Source of the DNA: a virus
IMG/VR virus record: IMGVR_UViG_3300042402_005180
Span: 13,675-77,674 of that record
DNA: 64,000 bases
Direction: 5' to 3' (one strand)
Part shown: positions 40,038-50,200 of the stretch, piece by piece
How positions within the stretch are numbered: position 1 is the stretch's first letter
Layout of the letters: each line of letters begins with the position of its first letter
The notes under the pieces: model-generated
The model's input: the letters and a program-made list of their open reading frames with translations, nothing else
Told to the model about the DNA's origin: nothing
The model's database searches: none
Position numbers and translations under genes: made by a program

Positions 40038-43000
40038 AATCTTGTCCCACGAACGTAGATTGGTATTGAAGAATTATTTTCCGTTGGATATACTTCTCCA
40101 GAGGTATACAAATTAATTCCACTACTTGCTAAGTATGCGCCCTTTGTAAAAAGATCCAAACCTCCTGAACTATAAGTATTATACACAGTTAATGGCATAC
40201 CGGCTTCTATAATTCTTTTAATAAATAAATTCATTGAACCAGAATTTTCTACCCCATGTAGTATGTCTGATCCAAGCATAGAAAGAGATATTTGACTAAA
40301 AGAAAATCCACTAGGATTATTAACAAATAAATCTAATACGCCGCTATTTTCAGGAAATGGATAATTTATAGTCATATTCATTCCTTGTCCATAGTCATCA
40401 TAGGGGCGAGTTTTTAGACTTAAATTAAACGATCCAGAAGAATTTGGAACTCCTGTGTGATGATTATCAATCATAAGAGATAGGCTAGTAAAGTTATCTT
40501 GAGTTGTGATGGTAGCAAAAGAGTCATTCGTTTCAACTATATTTCCATCTTCGTCCATTTTAAAGTTTGAAAAAGTTTTTACTGTTAGCGGGAAATATCC
40601 ACTAAATATTGGACTTATAACTAATGTTAAACTATCTTCTGCTTTTTGATCACTTATAAATAAACTTAAATTTCCAGTAGTTGTATCAATTTGTTTAGCA
40701 AATAGATTAAGTCCAGAATTATAAAGATCAATTTGCTTTATAAATAAATCTACACCAGTTGGCTTTGGATCATATTCACTAAATGCACTTATTCTAAAAT
40801 ATAATCCAGAATTATTAGGCGATCCCTCAAGAGTTTTTATACTTAATGGTAAAAATTTTCTATCTTGATATGAAGTTGAAATAATTCTTGTATTTGAAAC
40901 TCCATCAAAACCATCAAGGACATCTAGTGAAGTAATAAATCTACCATCAGAAGATCCGGCAAATGAAGAGTCTGAAGGTTGTATTCTTAATATTCCTAAG
41001 TTTGAAGTATTATTACTATTTAAAATTTTATGATGATTTCTACATTTGAATTTTTTGGAAATTCCATCATATGTAAAAAATGCATATTCATAATAATCAC
41101 GTAACACAAGAGCATCATTATAAATATCGTATTTACCATATAAATCAATTAAATAAGTTACACTACTATTAGTTGTTCCATCATATGATAAATTAGAAGT
41201 TGGAGTATACAAATTTTGATTTATATTATTATAATTTCCAATATCAATTGTTGGAGATATTCTATGTGAATAATAATATTTATTAATTCTATGATCAAAT
41301 TCATATACATTTATATAACTTATTGTTTTTGTTGTATTTCCACTATCGTCAATTTTTGACAAAGAGTCTATAACAATAAAATCATTTTCTACAGCAAAAT
41401 AATTTCCAAATCCACTATTTCCAACTGAAGTTATCGTTTGAGATAAATTATAATTTATACCAGATACATCATAAATATACAACTGCTCTTGGCCTCTATA
41501 TGTTGCAGACCACCCAATAAATACTTTATCTTCCGTAGAATCTAAACTCAAGCCATAATTTTGAAGTTCTTTTATTTGATCATTTGCTTTAGTTGAAGTA
41601 TATGTTGTCTGATTAACAATTCCACTCATGTTTGAAAAAGCGTTTGTCTGCAAATCATATTTAAAAACTTTTGATGTTGCATCGACATAATTCATTCTTG
41701 AATTATTAGTAAATCCAGCACTCTTAACATTCGTAGATGCGGTGCAATATATTCCACTATCTATAATATTAAATACTGCACTTTTGCCAAAAGAATCAAC
41801 AAATCCATATTCATTTATATATAGATTTTGTTCAGGCATTTCTATTCCATACACAGGATCATAACTATAATTTTTATTCCAAGAATAGTATCTAGCGCCA
41901 AGCCAATAATTATCAGATGGATTATTAAATATATTTTTTACAGTTATTACATCTATTGGAGAATTTGAAATATTGCCTTCTAGCTTATGAGTTTGATTTG
42001 TTAGTTCATACGAAGACCAAGGATTATTTGAAACTCCTGTAGAGTTTAAATATTCAATATTATATGGAGATTTTGTAATTTTATAAAAATGAACTTTTCC
42101 ATAGGGTAAAAATGTTGGTATAGCAAATTGATTTTCAGGGATTGGAAAAATTTCTTGAGGATTTTGATTTGTTTGTTGTTGTATTATATAATCTTCAAAT
42201 ATTTTGAAAGAAACTTCTGCTCCCGGTTCTGAGACCATAAGAATGTATTCATTATTATTTAATTTTTTTATACGACAATCAGATCCGAATTTATTTCCGT
42301 TATCTAATGTTGTTAGCGCATTCGGATTACTAGCAATTCTTTGATAAGGATAAAAGTTTGTCCAAGAAATCCAGCTATTTAAGCGAGACTGAAGCGTTTG
42401 CAAAGAAGAAGATGGTTCATACTTGTTAGTTTCCACTGCTCTTGAAAGTAGTGTTTGTCCGCTTCCAGATTCGACTACTGTTCTTAGTTGGGGAATAAAG
42501 CCATATCCATTTTTTCCATTTGGAGAATAAAGAGTATGATTATATTTCCATGCAGAGCCACCAATCGCTGTCCACTGAACCCCTGAAGTTGTTAACAATC
42601 CAGATGTATCCATTGGAGAAGTAAATGAGCTATCAAAATAAATATCAAATTTATTTTGATTTATTCCACTTATATATCTAAAACCATTAATATCTGAAAA
42701 TCCAAGACCGCAACTAATTTTTATTCTGTCGCCAGTAGATAGATTGTGTCCAGACGAAGTAATAGTATTTCCACTAGCTTCAGTTACTATTCCCATTTTT
42801 TTTGTATATATATCAACTTTTCCACAAGAAGGATAATTAGCAACTTTAATAACTTCTACTGTATCAAAATATATAGAATTATTTTTAATTAAAAAGATAC
42901 CATATGTTAATGGGTCTAATAGGCTACCGTTATCGCTTGGTTGATTAAATATTTTTTTATATCTAGGAACAATATCAGGAGAATTTGGGTCAGCTAAATC

Positions 43001-44278
43001 TTGACCAGAAAGCGTATTATTTAAAGTCGTTACAGAGTTTACAGTTTGTGGAATTATGTAACTACTTAATGTAACAAATAAATAGTCTCCTGATGTTTCC
43101 CTATAAACAATATACCATTTATAGCCTTCGCTATCTTGCAAAGATTGAATTGTATTCGATGAAAATGGTAAATATGACCTAGTTAAATTTTCAGACCTTG
43201 CTAAATAATCACTTACAGATAAAAATCCACCAAATTTATAAATATATTCTGTTGTATCAGAATTTAATATAACTATATTATCATTAAAAGAAGATGATTT
43301 TGTATAATTTATTTTTAAAAATACATCACTATAATCAGGAAATTCCTGAGATAACCAGTATCCACCTAAAGGAGTATTTGACTCTAGTTCTTCTGTATTT
43401 AATGAATCATTATCATCAGCCTGATGATTATTTAAAAATTCTGGCTTTTGAAAAATATCTACTAAATTTTTAATATTAAAATAAGTTATAGTTTGCTGTA
43501 ATCCAACATCTAATGGAGAAAAGGTATTATAATAGCACTGATCATTTTTTAAATAAGTTCCAGAGCCACAGCCAAGTCCTCCGGGATAATATACAGCCGT
43601 GCCACTAGATGGACCAGATACAGGATCATTAAATTCATCATAATCTCCAGTCAAAGTATAAGTAGGTTGAGCTGTTGAATAAACAACTATTTGATTATTA
43701 TAATAATTATGAGGAACATCAATAGTTAAAGCCTGTTGACCTAAATTATTCTGGTAATTTATTATTACTTGACCATTACCATAATTAGGATGATGAGAGT
43801 CAATTTCAAAAGTCCAGTCTGTTAATGTATATGATGATTGAGAAGATTGACTTGCAGACAATATATCTACATTATATAAATTATCAGAAGTAATCAAAAC
43901 TCCAGAAATATCATATTCAGTAGTAAATTTTTCTGTACTGGTCCAATCTTTTACTCCTATAACTGCTATATCATCCTTCATATCAATCATATCAACATAC
44001 CAATTTGATTGTAAATCATAATTAATATAATTTTTACCATTATTATTTCCGTAATGATAATCATATTTATTTACTGAAAAATCAGTAAGATTAATACTTA
44101 ACTCGTTTAAAGTTGATGAATTTATTAAATCTGGTCCATATATACTAGTGTCCCATGCAGTTTCATGTGGTATGTAATTAGAATTGTCGGCCTGAACTCT
44201 AAGAGGAACATGCCCAAACTGACCACTTCCATTAGACGAGAATATATTTAAATTTAGTCCTTGATTATTATTGTTCAT
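40034..44278 (-). CDS. large tail/adhesin protein with propeller-like repeats
   Basis: FG-GAP-like FG/YG repeats, GHNLSTGDRIKIS beta module, ~15 C-terminal xLxLFxK-type repeats. Confidence 0.6.
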   Translation of the reverse strand: MNNNNQGLNLNIFSSNGSGQFGHVPLRVQADNSNYIPHETAWDTSIYGPDLINSSTLNELSINLTDFSVNKYDYHYGNNNGKNYINYDLQSNWYVDMIDMKDDIAVIGVKDWTSTEKFTTEYDISGVLITSDNLYNVDILSASQSSQSSYTLTDWTFEIDSHHPNYGNGQVIINYQNNLGQQALTIDVPHNYYNNQIVVYSTAQPTYTLTGDYDEFNDPVSGPSSGTAVYYPGGLGCGSGTYLKNDQCYYNTFSPLDVGLQQTITYFNIKNLVDIFQKPEFLNNHQADDNDSLNTEELESNTPLGGYWLSQEFPDYSDVFLKINYTKSSSFNDNIVILNSDTTEYIYKFGGFLSVSDYLARSENLTRSYLPFSSNTIQSLQDSEGYKWYIVYRETSGDYLFVTLSSYIIPQTVNSVTTLNNTLSGQDLADPNSPDIVPRYKKIFNQPSDNGSLLDPLTYGIFLIKNNSIYFDTVEVIKVANYPSCGKVDIYTKKMGIVTEASGNTITSSGHNLSTGDRIKISCGLGFSDINGFRYISGINQNKFDIYFDSSFTSPMDTSGLLTTSGVQWTAIGGSAWKYNHTLYSPNGKNGYGFIPQLRTVVESGSGQTLLSRAVETNKYEPSSSLQTLQSRLNSWISWTNFYPYQRIASNPNALTTLDNGNKFGSDCRIKKLNNNEYILMVSEPGAEVSFKIFEDYIIQQQTNQNPQEIFPIPENQFAIPTFLPYGKVHFYKITKSPYNIEYLNSTGVSNNPWSSYELTNQTHKLEGNISNSPIDVITVKNIFNNPSDNYWLGARYYSWNKNYSYDPVYGIEMPEQNLYINEYGFVDSFGKSAVFNIIDSGIYCTASTNVKSAGFTNNSRMNYVDATSKVFKYDLQTNAFSNMSGIVNQTTYTSTKANDQIKELQNYGLSLDSTEDKVFIGWSATYRGQEQLYIYDVSGINYNLSQTITSVGNSGFGNYFAVENDFIVIDSLSKIDDSGNTTKTISYINVYEFDHRINKYYYSHRISPTIDIGNYNNINQNLYTPTSNLSYDGTTNSSVTYLIDLYGKYDIYNDALVLRDYYEYAFFTYDGISKKFKCRNHHKILNSNNTSNLGILRIQPSDSSFAGSSDGRFITSLDVLDGFDGVSNTRIISTSYQDRKFLPLSIKTLEGSPNNSGLYFRISAFSEYDPKPTGVDLFIKQIDLYNSGLNLFAKQIDTTTGNLSLFISDQKAEDSLTLVISPIFSGYFPLTVKTFSNFKMDEDGNIVETNDSFATITTQDNFTSLSLMIDNHHTGVPNSSGSFNLSLKTRPYDDYGQGMNMTINYPFPENSGVLDLFVNNPSGFSFSQISLSMLGSDILHGVENSGSMNLFIKRIIEAGMPLTVYNTYSSGGLDLFTKGAYLASSGINLYTSGEVYPTENNSSIPIYVRGTRL

Positions 44279-47200
44279 CTCTTCTCTTGCCTATTATTTA
44301 ATTGAATTTGATTTAATACTTCTGTCCTAATTTGACCAATAATAGCATCAGATAATTGTTTAGCAATTTCTGGGCCATTAACTCCAGTTACAGCTATACT
44401 TCCATCAACCGTCATGGTATGCTGAACAGTGATTCCTGCAAATTGATTAGCTAAATTAGCAAGCGTTTCTGTAAAAGACGAAAAAGTAGCAGCAATTGAA
44501 TTAAGTGATTCAACACTCTGGGCGAATCCTGTCATATCAGGAGGCATTGCTCCAGCTCCAGCCGCACCCGGATTGACTGCTGCGTTGGCTTGCTGTGCCG
44601 GAGTCGTAGCCATTGACTGACGCTGCTGCTGTGCCATAGACTGAGAAATCATAGTTTTTTGCTGAACAATCGGACCGCTTACTTTACTACTTCCAGAAGA
44701 TTGAACTTTTTTAGGATTCAAAAATCCTTCCATTTTTCTAGTATTTATTGATCTTTGCTTTAACCACTCTTCTGCTTTTTGCATATAAGCTATTTTAGGA
44801 TCTCGTCCTCTTTTTGCAATTTCATCAGCTTGTTTTTGATCTTCTGCTTTTGCTTCCTTAATCGCTTGTTCTTTTGCTTTTCTATATTCCCTCATATCCA
44901 TAATATCATTAATATTTTTTCCTTCTTTATTTTTATATACTCCTTGTTCAATTTGCTTTCTTACCTCATCAAGACGAGAACGTATATTTCCACTTCTTCT
45001 AGATGGTAAACCAAGCTGGTCAATGTTACCACCATTTGCATAATATCCAGCATTTATTTTTTGTAAATTTCCAGCTCCAAACTTATCAACTGCTCTTTTA
45101 TTTACAACAAATTCGCCGGGAGTAAGCATGGCTGGAACAGTGTCTGTGCCACGAGGAGTAAAACCGCCGCCAGCACGATAGATTAAACCACCTGTAGATT
45201 TTTTTTCTGTTCCGTCAAATTTATCTTTAACTTGTTGAAACATATTATCAATTCTTTGAAGAAACTTCTCAATGCTCTGATCTATCGTTGCAATATCGCT
45301 ATCTATTTTTGTTAATCTTGCTTCTGCCGCTTTCTTTTGAGCTTGTAAGGCTTCTGGAGTTTCAAGATTTTGTGGACCACCAGCCGGTCTAAGTTCTGCT
45401 GCTTTTTCTTGAGTTTCTTTAACTAAATTATTTAACGATTGAGTATTCATTTGAATAGATTGATTCAACATATCCTGATGTAACATTTCTTCTAGAAGCA
45501 TAGCTCTTCTAGCTTTTTCTTCTTGGGCATAGATATTTCCTAGCTCTTGAATCATTTGCTGCTCAGGACCGGAAGTATCATTAGCAATTGCCATTGCTCC
45601 TTCAACATTCCCCATTTGCATCATCTTGTTTGCCATAAGTTGATTTTGAACTTCTTTTCCTGTCATTCCACCAAATGCTTTAACATCTTTAAATTGATCA
45701 AGCAAGCCACTTACACCAGATTTTAATTCATCCGGAATAGATTCAATATCACCACTCTGCATGGCATCTCTAAGAGCAACCATAATATCTTCTTGTTTAT
45801 CTTTTTCTTCTCTTGTTCCAAATAAATAACTTTTCGTAGCATCTCTTGCAGTTTCTCTTTGAGCTTTTAATTTTTCAAGTTCAAATAGAGTATCAGCAGT
45901 TCTAGAACTTTGATTTGATAACTCTTTTAACGACTGTTTTAATTTTGTAGATTCTTCTAGTAATCCAGCCTTTTTACCTATATCTGTTTCTTTAGCTAGA
46001 CTAGTTCTAATATCTCTTAATCTTTTTCCAATTGCTTCTGGGTTTCCAGCATATTTTCCAGCTAACATATTTTGACGATTAGTTCTTAATGCATTTTTTT
46101 CTGTTAATGTTAGAATTTTACCCTGAGCATTTGCAACATTCTTTACTAATTCTTGAAAACTGTCAGCACCTTCTAGTTCAATATCAAGCTGTCTTTTTCT
46201 TGATTGTGCAATTTCATCATACGCCTTGGTAATAGATGCCTCATGATCCTGCATTGCCTTTAAAATTCTTCCGCCACCTTCTTGAAGAATCTTTGCATAG
46301 TTTTCTATATTATCTTGAATTCTTTTTGCTATTTCAGCGCCACTAGAAACGCCTTCTCTTGGAGTAATTTCAGAAGATTTTGTTTCTTTTTCGATTGATT
46401 CTCTAATTGCTTTTCCAACATCTGTTCCGCCATCTATTCCAATAGATTGAATAAAACTATCAATTTCTTTAGAGCTTGCTCCAACTCTTAATGTATTTTT
46501 TTCTAAACCAACTTTTAATTTTGGCATAACTCCATTTAGTTGATTAAATTTATCTGCTAATTCTTTGCCAATAGGACCAACACTGGAAATTGTATCCATA
46601 GCTTTTTTGAAATCAGGAGAATTGGCAGCATTAGGAGCTGATAAACTTAACACATCAGCATTCGGCACGCTCGAAGAAAATGCACTTAATGAGTCACCAA
46701 ACATTGCTCCCGCATTGACAATTGAATCATTTGCCTTTTTAATACTATATTCAAAATTTTCCAATCCAATAGATAAAGCTAATTGATCAGCTAAAGTTCC
46801 AATTAATTTTTTTCTAATTGCTTCTTCTTCGGCAAGAGCTTGTTTTTGTTTAATAATTTGAATAGCAGCTTCTGTTGCAGACTTTTCTAACTCTAGTTCG
46901 CCTTTCTCTGCTCTTTTTTCATTAAGTCCGCCTTTGCCAAAAGTTAAGGATTGAATCTGCTTACCCATAAATTGAGCAAAATCACCCTTTGGGGTTCCAG
47001 CTTTACCAGCGCCTCTTAATAGATCTTCTATTTTTGCTCCATACTGACTTTTTGTTTCCGCTGTTGTTCTTTTGCTTATATTTTCTTTTTGACTTTCAAC
47101 AATTTTACTAATTTCTCCACCAACATCAACACCCTTTGTTCCAATTTTATTACCTAACTGAGTTATTTGCCTTGCATATTCAGCGCCAATAATTTGATCA

Positions 47201-50200
47201 AGAGCTTTGCCAAATTCATCTGCTTTTTCTTTTGCTTGTTTTATTTGATCACCAAATAATTTCTGTGCTTCTACTAAAGAGCCAGCAGCATTCATATACT
47301 TTAATTCAGCATTAGTAGCTGCATCTAAAGATTGAACAAACTTAGTTGTACTAGCTGCCGCCTGATCTGAAACTTGTTTATCGGTTTTTTTATCAATAGA
47401 ACCCATGAACTTTTGAAGTTTTTGAGTTTCTTCAGCAGAAGTTTTAAAACTAACTGCTAGACTAGCACTTGCTGCATTTAAATCATCAAGCATTTGTTTT
47501 TGTTTAGCTTCAGCTCTAGCAACTTGATCTTGATATTGTAAATACGCGCCTCCAAAAGCGCCAGCAGTAGCCCCTATACCAGCTCCGACTAAAGTTCCTC
47601 CGGGAACTCCTGTAGCAGTTCCAGCTACACCACCTACTTTTCCGCCTATTATTCCTCCTCCTATAGCAGCTCCAAGAATTTTCATAATAGATTTTGAATC
47701 TGATCCAATTTTACCCATCAAAGATGCTTTGGCTTTATCTGAAGACGCTTGAGATATATCTGATGTTAGTTTTCCTGTAGAAACTTTGCTAGCATCTTTA
47801 AACAATGCATCAATCGTTTCATTCATTTTCTTAGCTGATTTTTCAGAAACTTCAGCGTAATAAGCAGCATTAGCTGCCGCAATTGCCATTACAGCAGAGA
47901 ATCCAGTTATAATACCGTCAAAAATAACCATGCCCTTATCTAGTTTGCTTATTGTTCCACCAATTCCAGAACCTCCTGCTGTAGATCCAGCCTTACTGCC
48001 TACTGATCCAGATTTTATCTGTGTAGCAGCTTGATTTGCTGCATTAGCATGATTCTTCATTGCAGCGGCACTTTGAGCTAATGCTAATTTTTCCTGTTTA
48101 CGTTGTTGCATTGTTTCAATAATACCTAATCCAAAATTCTTTAAATTTTGTCCAATGCCTTGGTAAACAGTAAATGTAGCAGTTAAAGCACCATAATAAG
48201 CCTTTTGTTCATCTGAAAGAGTAGTAAATTGAGTGACAACACTTCCAATTGCACTACCTAACAAGAGAAGATTTTGAATATTTGTTTGCGAAGCCTTTTG
48301 TAATTGTTGTTCCTGATTATTTGAAGTATTAGAAGCTGCTTCTTTATAAGTAGCTTTGAGTTCTTTACTAATTTTAAAATTAGCTGCATCTTTTTTAATT
48401 TCGGCAAAACCTTCTTTAATTAATTTAGAACTATCTAGACCAGCTTTATTTAAAGCCTCAACCATCTTTATAAATGTTTGAATTTGCTTATTACCACTGC
48501 CTAATGCTGCTCCAGATGCTGTTGGTCCTTGGGTAAGAGCTTGTCTGCTCATTTTTCTAATTTCAACAAGCATTTTTAAGGTAGCTGGATCAACTGTTCC
48601 TCCAGTTGCAAAATATTGAACTCCAACGGGTCCACCATTAGCAAACTTTCCAACCTTATTCATTCTATTTAAAGATGAATATCCAATTGCTTGAGCAGAT
48701 TGTTTATTAATTACAAATTCGCCCGGAGTTAGCATAGCGGGAACGGTGTCGGTTCCACTAGTCTTTCCTCCAGTTGCAAAATTTTTAATTGAAGCGAGAA
48801 CGGCTTCTCTTCCTTCATAAGAAGGTCCAAATTTCTTTTTTGCTCTAATAATATTTTTATTATCTGATGATGGTTTTTGGTAGGCGTATTGTAATGCCCA
48901 ATCTGGATCTTCTTTTTTAGGCCAAGTTAATTTAAGTTTTTCTATATCCTTTTCTGGTTTAGTTTGAAATTTACCTGATGCATTATTCCAATTATTATAG
49001 TCCATTAATTTTTTATTAACGTCCTGCCTATTCAAATAATAATTTTTCCAGACTCCAGCGGCATTTTTTGAGATATTTGTGTCGGGAGCAACCCAAGAAC
49101 CAATTTTTGCTGCCTCTTCTAATAACGCATCGTATAGTTTAGGTCCATATCCTGAAGTTGCATAAGAAAACTTCACTCGATAAAAATTATCTTTATTTTT
49201 TTTAGCTTCTACAAAACCAGTTCTATCATTTTCTCCATCGACATATCTAGCTAATATATCATTTTTACCTGAAAATATTTCTATATTACCATAATTTTTG
49301 TTTTTACTAAAGTCATGTCCTGTAATTTGGCTAAGTTTAATTTTATCTTGTTTTCCAAGATAAGAAACTAAATCCGATATTCCTGAATCGTAATATTTAA
49401 AAATATTTTTTATTTCATCGTTAATTTCAAATTTATCTTTAAATTTATTTTTTAAATCTTCATCTTTCAGCTTAGATAATCCATAAGCAGCTATAAATGA
49501 TTTTGTAGAACTATTTCTATCCTTACTATTACTTTTTTGTATTAATCCCAATTCTCTATATTTAGATAAACTCTCTGCAAAATTAGGAGATAGATTAGCA
49601 GTCTTAATAAAATTACTTTGTAATTCATCATCTCTGTGTTTTGATAACACACTATCAAGAGATTCTTTATTATTAGGTTTATAGTGGCTCTGCTGATCAA
49701 CTTCTCCGCCAATCGCTAAATGTTGAACTCCTACTGCGCCACCATTAGCAAATTTAGCAACTTTATTCATACGATGCAAATTGCTATAACCAATCTTTTG
49801 AGCTGATTGTTTATTAATAACGAATTCGCCCGGAGTAAGCATGGCTGGAACAGTATCAGTACCACTAGCAAATCCTCCGCTAGCAAATCTAGAAACTCTA
49901 TCTGCACGTGGCCCTTTTTGTCTTAATGCATCAAGTGCTGGCTGTTTTGTTTTTCCTTCTGTAAAAACCATATTTGAAACTGGAATACCAAATACACTAG
50001 ATAAGTATTCGGCAAGACCGGGAGTTCTGCCAGACTTACTAATAATCTGCATTTTACGAGGATTAATTTGACCACTTTCAACAGCGTCTTTTAATGCTTT
50101 TCCAAACTGTGTCAAGGGCGCTGATTTTACATCTGCTAATCTTGCAGCATCATCTCTAAAATATCTTTTAAGAACTTCTGCCTGAGCTTTTTTTGTAGGG

